A stretch of DNA of 64,000 nucleotides, taken from contig CAWAWO010000002.1 of the NCBI GenBank assembly GCA_963785835.1, positions 533,034-597,033 on the forward strand. Direction: 5' to 3'. This document shows positions 18,839 to 29,055 of this stretch, piece after piece (the stretch's first letter is position 1; each line of letters begins with the position of its first letter). This stretch comes from an uncultured Actinomycetes bacterium. GTDB taxonomy: Bacteria; Actinomycetota; UBA4738; HRBIN12. Both the position numbers and the translations under genes were made by a program. The notes under the pieces are model-generated. The model did no database searches and was not told where the DNA came from. It saw only the letters and a program-made list of their open reading frames with translations.

Positions 18839-20461
18839 ATGGTGGCCGCGAACGTCTACGACGCGATCGTGATCGGAGGAGGCCACAACGGCCTCGTCGC
18901 TGCGGCCTACCTCGCCAAGTCGGGCGCCCAAGTGGTGGTGTGCGAGGCGCGTTCGAAGACCGGAGGCGCCGCCGCCACCGATCGGCCGTGGCCGGACCAT
19001 CCGCAGTTCGGCGTCACGACGCTCTCGTACGTGATGAGCCTCATGCCCGACACGATCGTCCGCGACCTCCGACTGGCGCGGCACGGCTACCGCGTCCATC
19101 CGGTCGGCCCGTACGTGGTCCCGTTCCCGGACGGCCGCGTGATGATCGAGTACGACGACCCGTCGAAGAACTACGACGAGTTCGCGAAGTTCTCCAAGAA
19201 GGACGCCGAGGCGCTCGAACGGTGGGACGCGTGGGTCGGCGGCCTCGCCGCGGTGCTCGGCCCGTTGCTCATGACCACGCCGCCGCAGGTCGGCTCGAAG
19301 CGGCTGGGCGACCTCTTCGAACAGCTCCGACTTGCGTGGCGGTTCCGTGGACTCTCGGTGCGGACCGTGGGCGAGGTCACGCGGTTGATGACGATGAGCG
19401 TCGCCGACCTGCTCGACCGCTTCTTCGAGTCCGAGCAGGTCAAGGCCGTGATGGCGATCGACGGGCTGATCGGGACGTGGGCGGGGCCGCACGAACCCGG
19501 CACCGGCTACGTGATGGCGCACCACGAGATCGGCGACGTCGGGGACGGCAGGCTCGGGTCCTGGGGCGTGCCGGTCGGCGGGATGGGGGCCGTCGCGGCC
19601 GCGATCGAGCGGAGCGCTCGGTCGTTCGGCGCGGAGATCCGCACGTCGGCGAGGGTCAAGCGCGTCCAGATCCGGAACGGCAGGGCTCGGGGCGTCGTGC
19701 TGGAAGGAGGCGAGGAGCTCCGCGCTCCGATCGTGATCACGGCGTGCCACCCGCAGATCACGTTCCTCCGCCAGATCGACCGCGCCGAGCTCCCCACCGA
19801 CTTCGTCGAGGACATCGAGCACTGGTCGAGCCGCTCCGGCGTGGTGAAGATCAACTGCGCGATCAGCCGGCTGCCGAAGCTCGCCGGCGAGCCCGACTGG
19901 ACGGACTTCTCGGGCGGGTTCGAGTTGGCGCCCTCGATCGAGCAGCTCGAGCACGCGTTCCAGGAGGCGAGGGCCGGGCGGCCGTCCACGCTGCCGTTCT
20001 CCGACGGCGTGATCCCGACGACGCTGGATCCGTCGCTCGCGCCCGAGGGCGCCCACGTCGTGTCGCTGTTCACGCAGTGGGTGCCGCACACGTGGTCGCA
20101 GGAGCCGCACCGCGACGAGCTCGAGGCGTACGCCGACCGGGTCGTGCAGGCCTACGACGACGCCGCGCCCGGGTTCAAGGAGTCGATCATCGCGCGCCAG
20201 GTGATCGGGCCGTACGACATGGAGACCGAATGGGGGCTGATCGGCGGCAACATCTTCCACGGAGAGCTCTCGGCCGATCAGCTGTTCCACATGCGTCCGG
20301 CGCCCGGGTACGCGGACTACCGAACGCCGATCGACGGCCTGTACCAGTGCTCGAGCGCGACCCACGGCGGCGGCGGCGTCTCCGGGATCCCCGCCTACAA
20401 CTGCATCCGCGAGATCCGGAAAGACGGCCGGTCGCGTCTACCAGGTCGACGGAAGTCGTGA
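18839..20461 (+). CDS. FAD-dependent oxidoreductase, phytoene desaturase (CrtI) / amine-oxidase superfamily
   Basis: AAGGAG RBS, then YDAIVIGGGHNGLVAAAYLAKSG dinucleotide-binding motif. The 540-aa length is typical of CrtI-family NAD(P)/FAD oxidoreductases. Confidence 0.8.
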   Translation: MVAANVYDAIVIGGGHNGLVAAAYLAKSGAQVVVCEARSKTGGAAATDRPWPDHPQFGVTTLSYVMSLMPDTIVRDLRLARHGYRVHPVGPYVVPFPDGRVMIEYDDPSKNYDEFAKFSKKDAEALERWDAWVGGLAAVLGPLLMTTPPQVGSKRLGDLFEQLRLAWRFRGLSVRTVGEVTRLMTMSVADLLDRFFESEQVKAVMAIDGLIGTWAGPHEPGTGYVMAHHEIGDVGDGRLGSWGVPVGGMGAVAAAIERSARSFGAEIRTSARVKRVQIRNGRARGVVLEGGEELRAPIVITACHPQITFLRQIDRAELPTDFVEDIEHWSSRSGVVKINCAISRLPKLAGEPDWTDFSGGFELAPSIEQLEHAFQEARAGRPSTLPFSDGVIPTTLDPSLAPEGAHVVSLFTQWVPHTWSQEPHRDELEAYADRVVQAYDDAAPGFKESIIARQVIGPYDMETEWGLIGGNIFHGELSADQLFHMRPAPGYADYRTPIDGLYQCSSATHGGGGVSGIPAYNCIREIRKDGRSRLPGRRKS

Positions 20462-20520
20462 CCGCCCTGTCTCTCGCCTGAGCTGCGTCGTGACCGGCTC
20501 GGGCGCGAGATGATGGATGC

Positions 20521-21063
20521 ATGGAGAGCCTCCAGGGCCACCTGCTGATCGCCGGGCCGTCGCTCGCCGACCCGAACTTCCACCGGTCGGTGGTGCTGAT
20601 CGGGCACCACGACGAGGCCGGCGCGGTCGGTGTGGTCCTCAACCGGGAGACCGAGGTCGCGGTCGCGGCGGCGGTCCCGCCGCTCGCGGGCCTCGTCGAG
20701 CCGGGCGCGCGGCTGTTCATCGGCGGTCCGGTCGAGACCCAGGCGGCCGTCGTCGTCGCGGACTTCGAGCATCCCGAACGCGCCGAGGTGGTGGCGTTCG
20801 ACACGATCGGGTTCCTGCCCGAGGAGACCGACGCCGACTCGATCGGCGGCCTTCGCCGGGCGAGGGTCTTCGCCGGGTACGCGGGGTGGGGCGCCGGCCA
20901 GCTCGAGGCCGAGATGGAGGAGGGCTCGTGGATCGCCGAGCCCGCCGTCGCCGCCGACGTGTTCACCGAGGAGCCCGACTCGTTGTGGAGCGGCGTGCTG
21001 CGGCGCAAGGGTCCGCGGTACCGGCTGCTCGCGTCGATGCCGTTCGACCCGTCGATGAACTAG
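20521..21063 (+). CDS. YqgE/AlgH-family protein (UPF0301)
   Basis: 180 aa, LQGHLLIAGPSLADPNFHRSVVLIGHHDEAGAVGVVLNR... is the conserved YqgE/AlgH signature. Confidence 0.8.
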   Translation: MESLQGHLLIAGPSLADPNFHRSVVLIGHHDEAGAVGVVLNRETEVAVAAAVPPLAGLVEPGARLFIGGPVETQAAVVVADFEHPERAEVVAFDTIGFLPEETDADSIGGLRRARVFAGYAGWGAGQLEAEMEEGSWIAEPAVAADVFTEEPDSLWSGVLRRKGPRYRLLASMPFDPSMN

Positions 21064-21100
21064 CCGGTAGGCTCGCTGCCACCCGTTCGCAGGAGGCTCG

Positions 21101-22255
21101 ATGGCGTCGGAGACGTTCACGTTCTACATCCAGCCCTGGTACCGCAAGTCGCCGTTCTTCGAGGCCACGAAGCGGCACGGGTGCAAGAGCTGGGGCGTCT
21201 ACAACCACATGCTGCTCCCGACCCTGTACGAGGATCCCGTCGCCGAGTACTGGGCGCTGCTGAACGACGTCACCCTGTGGGACGTCTCCGTCGAACGCAT
21301 CGTCGAGATCACCGGCCCCGACGCGTTCGAGTTCACGAACCTGCTGACCTGCCGGGACCTCACGACGTGCGCGGTCGGGCAGTGCAAGTACGCGATCCTC
21401 ACCGCTCGGCGAGGCGGGATCGTGAACGACCCGGTGCTGCTCCGCCTCGAGGAGGACCGGTTCTGGCTCGCGCTCGCGGACTCGGACGCGCTCCTGTACG
21501 CGAAGGGCGTGGCGGCGTTCGCGGGGATGGACGTCGACCTGGACGAGCCCGACGTCTCGCCGCTCCAGGTGCAGGGGCCGAAGAGCCGCGACGTGATCCT
21601 CGCGCTGTTCGGCGAGGAGATCGCGAGGCTGCGCTACTACTTCTGCGCCGAGGCCGAGCTCGACGGCATCCCGGTCGTGGTCTCGCGCACCGGGTGGACC
21701 GGCGAGGTCGGGTACGAGATCTACCTGCGCGACGGGAGCCGCGGCGACGACCTGTTCGAGCGCGTGTTCCAGGCCGGCGAGCCGCACGGCATCCGGGTCA
21801 TCGCGCCGTCAGAGGCGCGACGGATCGAGGCCGGGATCTTCAACTTCGGCTCCGACATGCGGTTCTCGGACACGCCGCTGCACGTGACCGGCCTCGAGAA
21901 GTACGTCGAGCTCGACCAGGAGGCCGACTTCATCGGCAAGGACGCGCTCAGGCGGATCCGCGACGAGGGCGTCGACCGCAAGCTCGTCGGCGTCGAGATC
22001 GGCGGGGAGCCGATGACCGACGAGGGCGCGCTCAACGACTTCTGGCCTGTGCTGGACGGCGAAGCGAGGGTCGGACGGATCACGGCGGGCGCGTGGTCGC
22101 CGCGTTTGGAGAAGAACGTCGGGTACGCGTGGGTACCGGTCGCGTTCGAAGAGCCCGGGTCGGCCCTCGAGGCCGACACGCCGAGGGGGCGCCTGCCGAT
22201 CATGGTGGCGTCGCTGCCGTTCGTCGACCCCGGCAAGGACATCCCGAAGGCTTGA
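21101..22255 (+). CDS. Aminomethyltransferase-family protein (GcvT/DmdA-like folate-binding)
   Basis: AGGAGG RBS. The 384-aa protein has a GcvT-like fold (…GVYNHMLLPTLYEDPVAEYWALLNDVTLWDVS…, …TGWTGEVGYEIY…). Confidence 0.8.
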   Translation: MASETFTFYIQPWYRKSPFFEATKRHGCKSWGVYNHMLLPTLYEDPVAEYWALLNDVTLWDVSVERIVEITGPDAFEFTNLLTCRDLTTCAVGQCKYAILTARRGGIVNDPVLLRLEEDRFWLALADSDALLYAKGVAAFAGMDVDLDEPDVSPLQVQGPKSRDVILALFGEEIARLRYYFCAEAELDGIPVVVSRTGWTGEVGYEIYLRDGSRGDDLFERVFQAGEPHGIRVIAPSEARRIEAGIFNFGSDMRFSDTPLHVTGLEKYVELDQEADFIGKDALRRIRDEGVDRKLVGVEIGGEPMTDEGALNDFWPVLDGEARVGRITAGAWSPRLEKNVGYAWVPVAFEEPGSALEADTPRGRLPIMVASLPFVDPGKDIPKA

Positions 22256-22258
22256 CGC

Positions 22259-22290
22259 ATGTGCAGCACATGAAGTAATGTGCAACACAT
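22259..22290. promoter_or_regulatory. Two tandem 13-bp palindromes (ATGTGCAGCACAT and ATGTGCAACACAT), a candidate VapB operator
   Basis: Direct repeat of a perfect and a 1-mismatch palindrome, 6 nt apart, immediately upstream of and overlapping the vapB start codon. Confidence 0.45.
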
Positions 22291-22519
22291 GAAGATGATC
22301 CAGATCCGGAACGTTCCCGACGACATCCATCGGACGTTGAAGGTCCGGGCGGCTGAGAAGGGTGTCTCCCTCTCGGACTACGTGTTGCAGGAGATCGAGC
22401 GGATGGCGCGGCGTCCCACGATGGAAGAGGTCATCGCGAGAGCCCAGCGAGCCGGTTCGGTGGACCCATCCGAGGACAGCGCCGCCGCGATCAGAGCCGA
22501 GCGCGACGCCCGCTCTTGA
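22289..22519 (+). CDS. vapB: VapB-type antitoxin (FitA/ribbon-helix-helix-like)
   Basis: MKMIQIRNVPDDIHRTLKVRAAEKGVSLSDYVLQEI... is a typical RHH antitoxin N-terminus. The ATG at 22289 follows the operators, and the ORF-track GTG at 22280 lies inside palindrome 2. Confidence 0.7.
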   Translation: MKMIQIRNVPDDIHRTLKVRAAEKGVSLSDYVLQEIERMARRPTMEEVIARAQRAGSVDPSEDSAAAIRAERDARS

Positions 22520-22914
22520 TCGTCGTCGACGCATCGGGCGTCGTCGACGTGGTTCTCGACATCAGGCCGCACTCACTGTCGGTGGGCGAGATCATGCTGG
22601 AGCACGCTCCGGACATCCACGCTCCGCATCTGTTGGATGCAGAGGTGGGCCAGGTCATCCGCAGGTACCTTCTCCATCGCGAGACGTCCCCGGAGAGGGT
22701 CGCCGAGGCGCTCGAGATCCTGGGCGATCTTCGGATCACGAGACACGGCCACGCCGGATTCCTGCCGCGTGCGCTCGACCTGAGGCGGAACTTCACCGTG
22801 TACGACGCGTTGTACGTCTCACTCGCCGAGGCGCTCGGATCTCCTCTCCTCACCCGTGACAAGGGCATCGCACGCTCGGCGAGGCGCTTCGTGGAAGTGA
22901 TCCACGTTCGATGA
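22516..22914 (+). CDS. vapC: PIN-domain ribonuclease toxin VapC
   Basis: 132 aa. Starts IVVDASGVVDVVL (acidic PIN residue D5) and ends ...LLTRDKGIARS. The TTG start overlaps the vapB stop (TTGA). Confidence 0.8.
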   Translation: MIVVDASGVVDVVLDIRPHSLSVGEIMLEHAPDIHAPHLLDAEVGQVIRRYLLHRETSPERVAEALEILGDLRITRHGHAGFLPRALDLRRNFTVYDALYVSLAEALGSPLLTRDKGIARSARRFVEVIHVR

Positions 22915-23697
22915 GCGGTTCGGTCCGGTTCGACCGTGCAGCGGATCACTACGACCGAACCCGGGCGATCTCCGATGCGGCGATGTCTCGCACGATCGAG
23001 CTGCTCGCGTCCGAGCTCGAGGGGCGCGGGCGGGTGCTCGAGGTCGGGGTCGGCACGGGCCTGCTCGCGCTGCCGCTGCACGAGGCGGGCGTCCCGCTCG
23101 CGGGCCTCGACCTCACCGCGGCCATGGTCGCCAAGCTCGTCGAGAAGGCGGGTGGCGTCCCGCCGTTCCCGCTCGTCCTCGGCGACGCCACGCGCATGCC
23201 GTTCGCGCGACGCGGCGTTCGGAGGCGCGTACCTGCGATGGGTCCTGCACCTGATCCCGGACTGGTCGCGGGTGCTGGCCGAGACCGTGCGCGTCATCCG
23301 TCCCGGTGGCGTGTTCCTCATCGAGCTCGGCGCCTACGACGAGACGCGGTTCGAGATCCAGCGACGCTTCGGCGAGATCACCGGGGTCCCGGTCGATCCC
23401 GTCGGGCTCGACTGGGCGGACTACGGATCGCTCGACGCCGAGATGGCGAGGCACGGGGCGACGCTGCGGGTCCTTCCGCCGGTGTACGAAGAAGGGGAGG
23501 AGGCGCTCGGCGAGTTCCTTGCCGGGATCGACGAGGGCCGCTACTCCTGGACGTGGACCGTCCCGGAGGACGTTCGTCGTCGCGCCGCGGCCGAGCTGCG
23601 ACCGTGGGCCGCCGAGCGCTTCGGCTCCTTGGACGAGGCTCGCCGGTACGCGCTCCCACAGGTCTGGCGCGCCTACGACCTCCCGAACGGTCGCTAG
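22911..23697 (+). CDS. Class I SAM-dependent methyltransferase, with a frame switch near 23205-23212
   Basis: Motif I VLEVGVGTGLLALPL. After ...LGDATRMPF the fold continues in the +1 frame (...DAAFGGAYLRWVLHLIPDWSRVLAETVRVIRPGGVFLIE...). The ATG overlaps the vapC stop. Confidence 0.7.
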
Positions 23698-23783
23698 CCC
23701 GCGCCCCACCGACCGACCGCTATCCTGTCCGCATCCGAGCACGTCGCCCGGCCCATCGAACGCCCGAGGAGGCTCCGAGGAAG

Positions 23784-24710
23784 ATGCCGATCACCGAGGT
23801 CGAGAAGATCTGGATGGACGGGGAGCTCGTGGACTGGCGCGACGCCAAGATCCACGTGCTCAGCCACGCGTTGCACTACGGCAGCGGGGTCTTCGAGGGG
23901 ATCCGCGCGTACGAGACCGACCGGGGTGCCGCGGTGTGGCACCTCGACGAGCACCTGAAGCGCCTGTTCCGCTCGGCGAAGCTCTACCACATGGACATCC
24001 CGTACTCGATGGACGCGATCACCGACGCGATCAAGGAGCTGATCCGCGCGAACGGATTGAACGCCTGCTACATCCGCCCGGTCGTCCTTCGCGGTTACGG
24101 CGAGCTCGGCGTCAACCCGCTGAACGCGCCGATCAACGTCTTCATCGCCGTGTGGCCGTGGGGCGCGTACCTCGGCGAGGACGCGCTCGAGAACGGGGTG
24201 CGGATCAAGATCTCGTCGTGGCGGCGGAACTCGCAGAACGCGCTCCCGTCCTCGGCCAAGGCGACCGGCCAGTACATCAACGGCGTGCTCGCCAAGATCG
24301 AGAGCCTGAAGGCCGGCTACGACGAGGCCGTGCTGCTGAACGATCACGGCAACATCACCGACGGCTCGGGCGAGAACGTGTTCATCGTGCGCGACCGCGT
24401 CCTGACGACCCCGCCGGTCCAGGCCGGCTGCCTGGACGGCATCACCCGCAAGGCCGCGATGACGATCGCCCGCGACCTCGGGTACGAGGTCACCGAGGAG
24501 AACCTCGTCCGCACCGACCTGTACAACGCCGACGAGTGCTTCTTCACCGGCACCGCCGCCGAGATCACGCCGATCCGCGAGGTCGACGACCGGCCGGTGG
24601 GCGAAGGCAACCGCGGCCCGATCACGAAGGAGCTGCAGGGCGCGTTCTTCGCCGCTACCAAGGGTGAGACCGAGCGGTACGCGGACTGGCTGACCTACGT
24701 GAACGACTGA
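23784..24710 (+). CDS. ilvE: Branched-chain amino acid aminotransferase (IlvE)
   Basis: 308 aa, fold-type IV PLP enzyme: …VLSHALHYGSGVFEGIRAYET…, …ENVFIVRDRVLTTPP…, …CFFTGTAAEITPIREVD…. Confidence 0.9.
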   Translation: MPITEVEKIWMDGELVDWRDAKIHVLSHALHYGSGVFEGIRAYETDRGAAVWHLDEHLKRLFRSAKLYHMDIPYSMDAITDAIKELIRANGLNACYIRPVVLRGYGELGVNPLNAPINVFIAVWPWGAYLGEDALENGVRIKISSWRRNSQNALPSSAKATGQYINGVLAKIESLKAGYDEAVLLNDHGNITDGSGENVFIVRDRVLTTPPVQAGCLDGITRKAAMTIARDLGYEVTEENLVRTDLYNADECFFTGTAAEITPIREVDDRPVGEGNRGPITKELQGAFFAATKGETERYADWLTYVND

Positions 24711-24721
24711 CGGCGTCGCCG

Positions 24722-25747
24722 TCACTCCGGAGGGGGCATCACGACGATCAGCGTGTCGTCGTCGAGCCACACGGGGCCCCACAGCTCCGGGTCGAGCATC
24801 CGATCCTCGCCGGAGTCTCGAGATCGAGACCCAGATGCCAGGCGCGCCCTGGTACGCGATCTTGGAGCCGTCGGGCGACCAGACGGGATGGCCGTGGTAC
24901 CTGGAGGGGTCGAACGGCAGGAACGGGCGTGTCGTCATCCCCGGACGGTGCGATCGTGTGCAGCGCGAAGTTGTCCTCCGGCGTCGCGTAGCCGAAGGCG
25001 AGCAGCTCGCCGTCGGGTGACCAGTCCGCGTCCGAGGCGATCGAATCTTCCCGGCGGCAGCAGAGGTCGTCGTCTTGCCCGACCGCAGGTCGAGCGAGCG
25101 CAGGTGCCATCCGTCGCCCGTCGGGTTCTGGTACACGATCGACGAGCCGTCAGGCGACCAGTCGGGTCCGAACACGTCGGCGGGCTCCGAGGTCACGCGC
25201 TCGGCCTGCCCGAGCGGAGATCGAGGATGACGACGCCGCGCGTGGCCTCCCCGTCGAACCCGACGTAGGCGAGGCGCCGTCCGTCGGGCGACCACGCGGG
25301 GTCGATCGCCTCCGAGTCGTCGGTGACACGTTCGAGATCGGTGCCGTCCGCGTTCATCACCCAGATCTGCCGGGAGCCGTCGATCTCGGCGTCGAACGCG
25401 ATGCGTGACCCGTCGGGCGACACCGCGGGAGCGAGCGCCAGGGCCTCAGGGTCGACGCCGTCGAGGCGGTCGATCCCGCCGGTCGCGAGCTCGAGGACGT
25501 ACAGCCCCGGCTCCCTCGCCGGCGCTCCCGGGGTCGGCGACGGGGCGTAGAACTTGGGCGGTGTCGAGTCCGCCGGCGCCGTGGCGGCCGGGGTCTCGCC
25601 GCCCCCGGACGAACAAGCGGCGGCGACAACCAGAGCGGCGGTTCCCAGAACTCTGGTGAGCGTCGTCGATGCAAACCTCGTGGTCACAGCCGAGCAGGAT
25701 GGCAGTTCCCCCTCCGTAAGACGTGGCCACTTCTGACCCACGGTCAT
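24722..25747 (-). pseudogene. TolB-like WD40-like beta-propeller lipoprotein, disrupted by at least 4 frame shifts
   Basis: N-terminal segment with signal and lipobox (TAALVVAAACSSG) and propeller repeats (VSPDGSRIAF, WSPDGRRLAY). It continues through three other frames (DWSPDGSSIVYQ, DWSPDGELLAF, HPVWSPDGSKIAYQ) to the C-terminal ...WLDDDTLIVVMPPPE and a stop at 24722. Confidence 0.45.
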
Positions 25748-25797
25748 CGAACGAGGCCATGCGTCACCTACGCCTGGGGGCGGTAGGCTCGCCCCTC

Positions 25798-28339
25798 ATG
25801 GACGACGAAGCCCGCTACCGTCTCCCGCGCGCGGTCGTACCGCGCCGGTACGACCTCGTCCTGGAGCCCGACCTGGAGGCTGCGACCTTCACCGGGAGCG
25901 AGTCCGTCGTGCTCGATGTCGAGGAGCCGGTCGACGAGATCGTGCTGAATGCGCTCGACCTCGAGGTCGGTCCCGGCCGGCTCGAAGGGCCGGGTGGAAC
26001 GCTCGAGGTCTCGTCGGTCCGGATCGACCCCGAGACCGAACGAGCCCATCTGCTCCTGTCGGGAACGGCCGAGCCGGGGGAGTGGGTGCTGCACCTGGAC
26101 TTCGAGGCGCACCTGTCCGAGCAGCTGCACGGCTTCTACCGGTCGACCTACACGGACGAGACCGGGGCAGACGCGCACGATCGCGACGACGCAGTTCGAG
26201 TCGACCGACGCCCGCCGGGCGTTCCCCTGCTGGGACGAGCCGGACCTGAAGGCGGTGTTCGGCGTCACGATCGTGACGAAGCCGGACCTGCTCGCGATCT
26301 CCAACGGTCCCGAGATCCAGCGCGAGGACACCGACGACGGGCGCGTCCGGATCCGTTTCGACGACACGATGGTGATGTCCACGTACCTGGTGGCGTTCGT
26401 GGTCGGCCCGCTCGAGGTGACCGAACCCGTGGACGTCGACGGCGTCCCGCTTCGGATCGTGCACCTGCCGGGCAAGGGACATCTCACCGGGTTCGCGCTC
26501 GAGGTCGGGGCGTTCTGCCTGCGGTACTTCGCCGAGTACTACGGGATCCCCTATCCGGACCGGAAGATGGACATGGTCGCGCTCCCGGACTTCGCGCAGG
26601 GCGCGATGGAGAACCTCGGCTGCATCACGTACCGCGAGAGCCTGCTGCTCGTCGATCCCGAGAAGGCCACGCAGCCCGAGCTGGCGCTCGTCGCCGACGT
26701 GATCGCCCACGAGCTCGCGCACATGTGGTTCGGCGACCTCGTGACGATGCGGTGGTGGAACGGCATCTGGCTGAACGAAGCGTTCGCGACGCTCATGGAG
26801 TTGCTCGCGGTCGACGCCTACCGTCCGGACTGGGAGCGCTGGAGCCAGTTCCTGCGTTCGCGCTCGATCGCGCTCGAGGTCGACGCGCTCGAGAGCACGA
26901 GGTCGATCGAATATCCGGTGCGCTCGCCCGACGACGCGGCGGGCATGTTCGACGTCCTCACGTACACGAAGGGCGCCGGTGTGCTCCGCATGCTCGAGCA
27001 GTACCTCGGCGCCGAACGGTTCCGCGACGGGATCCGGCGCTACCTGGACGAGCACCGGTTCGGCAACACCGAGACGCACGACCTGTGGGACTCGATCGAG
27101 AAGGCCACGGGCGAGCCCGTCCGCCGCATCATGGACGGTTGGATCTGGCAGGGCGGGTATCCGATCCTCTCGGCCACGCTTCGGGACGCGAAGGTCGAGG
27201 TCGGGCAGCGCCGCTACCTGATCTCCGGGAAGGACGACGACACCGTGTGGGACGTTCCGCTGCTCGTGCGGACGTCCGAGGGGACCGCCCCCTTGCTCGT
27301 CGAAACGGACGGCGCATCGATCGCCGCTCCAGCGGCCGACCCGGTCGTGGTGAACGCCGGCGTGCACGCGTTCGTGCGCGTCGAGTACGACGACGAGCTG
27401 CTCGGCAGGCTCACGGAGAACCTCGGTTCGCTGTCGACCGACGAACGGACGCAGCTCGTTGACGACGTGTGGGCGTCGGTCATCGTGGGGCATCGGTCGG
27501 CGGTCGACTTCTGCCGGTTCGCGGAGCGGTTCTCCGAGGAGACCGAGCTCCCCGTCTGGCAGTCGTTGATCCAGGGGCTGTCGTGGTGCGAGCGGTTCCT
27601 CACCGACGGCCCGCGTGAGCACTTCCGGTCCTGGGTCCGTGGCCTGCTCTGGCCGGTGATCGAGCGGATCGGGTGGGAGCCGCGCGCGGGGGAGCGGGAC
27701 CTGGACAAGCCGCTCCGGGGCGCGCTCATGGCCGCGCTGGGGGTCCTGGGAGCCGACCCGCAGGCCTACGGACTCGCGATGGAGATCGAGCGCGAGTCCC
27801 GCGGGGACGGGAAGGTCGATCCGTCACTCGTCGCGGCCTCGGTGGGGATCGTGGCGGCCGGCGGCACAGCGGACGACTACGAGCGGTACCTGGAGGCCAC
27901 CAAGTCGGCCCGAACCCCACAGGAGGAGCTCCGCTACCTGTACGCGCTGCCGGACTTCCGTAGCGGACTCCTCGTCGACCGAACGGCCGAGATGACGCTG
28001 ACGCAGGATATCCGCGCCCAGAACGTGCCCGGCGTGCTCGCCCGCGCGATGGCCAATCGCGATCACGGCGACCGCGCGTGGCAGTTCGTCAAGGAGCACT
28101 GGGACGAGATCGTCTCCAAGGTCGCGCCCACCACGCTCGTCTACGTGGCCGACGGGGTTCGCTTCCTCACACGCCCCGAACAGGTCGACGACGCGTCTGC
28201 GTTCTTCGAGGCGCATCCGATCCCGCAGTCGGCACTCACGCTCCGCCAGTCGCTCGAGCGCCAAGCGGTGAATGCGGAGTTCCGCAAGCGCACGACTCCG
28301 GAGCTGCTGGCTGCGTTCGGGAGTGGCGCGGAGTTGTAG
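25798..28339 (+). CDS. pepN: Aminopeptidase N (M1 family), with a frame switch near 26165-26172
   Basis: GAMEN motif (AMENLGCITY) and HEXXH (VIAHELAHMWFGDLVTMRWW...LNEAF). The N-terminal roughly 125 aa is in frame of ORF 25723, and after ...STYTDETG the protein continues in ORF 25949..28339 (QTRTIATTQFESTDARRAFPCWDEPDLKA...). An alternative ATG at 25759 is possible. Confidence 0.85.
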
Positions 28340-28355
28340 CCTCAGCGTTTTCCGG

Positions 28356-28389
28356 TTGACACGAGATCCGTGGAACACGAGAATCGTGT
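28356..28389 (+). promoter_or_regulatory. Candidate sigma70-like promoter TTGACA-N17-GAGAAT overlapped by palindrome ACACGA-GAA-TCGTGT upstream of vapB2
   Basis: TTGACA at about 28356-28361, GAGAAT at about 28379-28384, and a perfect 6-3-6 palindrome at 28375-28389. A flanking GACACGA...TCGTGTC inverted repeat and a direct repeat ACACGAGA (twice) are also present. The ATG at 28391 would be at or near the transcript 5' end. Confidence 0.4.
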
Positions 28390-28390
28390 C

Positions 28391-28630
28391 ATGAGGAACG
28401 TCACCGTGACCCTGGACGAGGAGACCGCGCGCTGGGCGCGCCTGGAAGCGGCACGCCGGGACATCAGCGTCTCGAGCCTGATCAGGACCCTCCTCACCGA
28501 GCGCATGGGCGGACAGGTGGCCTACGAAGGGGCGAAGACCCGCTACCTGGCCCGCTCCGCGAAGGTGCTTTCAGGAGGAGCGCCCTATCCCGAGCGGCAG
28601 GAGCTCCACGAGCGTGCCGATCTTCGTTGA
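28391..28630 (+). CDS. vapB: VapB-type antitoxin (ribbon-helix-helix)
   Basis: MRNVTVTLDEETARWARLEAARRDISVSSLIRTLL... is an RHH antitoxin. The ORF-track GTG at 28370 lies inside the predicted promoter, so the ATG at 28391 is preferred. Confidence 0.65.
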   Translation: MRNVTVTLDEETARWARLEAARRDISVSSLIRTLLTERMGGQVAYEGAKTRYLARSAKVLSGGAPYPERQELHERADLR

Positions 28631-29045
28631 CACCAACGTCCTCGTGTACGCGAGGGACGCATCGGATCCCGGTAAGCAGGCCAGAGCATCCGAGTGGGTC
28701 TCGCATCTGTGGGAGACGGAAGAGGGCAGGCTCAGCTTCCAGGTGTTGCACGAGTACTACGTGACGACGACGAAGAAGTTGAGCCCCGGCCTCTCACGGG
28801 CGGACGCACGTGCGGATATCGAGGACCTCCTTGCCTGGCGACCGATCGAGTTCGACGCATGGATGCTCGGCCCAGCCTGGGGGATGGAGGATCGCTTCGG
28901 CCTCTCGTACTGGGACAGCCTAATCGTCGCGGCGGCGTCGGTCGCCGACTGCGAGATCCTCCTCACAGAGGATCTGCAGCACGGGGCCGACCTGGACGGC
29001 GTTCGAGTCGTCGATCCGTTCCAGACGTCCGTCGGCGAGATCTGA
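28614..29045 (+). CDS. vapC: PIN-domain ribonuclease toxin VapC
   Basis: 143 aa. VPIFVDTNVLVYARD... (PIN D at position 6) and ...WDSLIVAAASVADCEILLTEDLQHG. The GTG start overlaps the vapB2 end by 17 nt. Confidence 0.8.
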   Translation: MPIFVDTNVLVYARDASDPGKQARASEWVSHLWETEEGRLSFQVLHEYYVTTTKKLSPGLSRADARADIEDLLAWRPIEFDAWMLGPAWGMEDRFGLSYWDSLIVAAASVADCEILLTEDLQHGADLDGVRVVDPFQTSVGEI

Positions 29046-29055
29046 GCCTCAGCAG

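Noticed and set aside
16608-18872. 754-aa Arg/Gly-rich ORF spanning both MFS genes
   Set aside because: It is an alternate-frame artefact of high-GC DNA. It overlaps two well-supported MFS genes read in other frames and has no domain content.
23694-25295. 533-aa minus-strand ORF antisense to ilvE
   Set aside because: Over 23694-24710 it is antisense to a high-confidence ilvE. Only its part above 24722 contributes frames of the TolB-like pseudogene.
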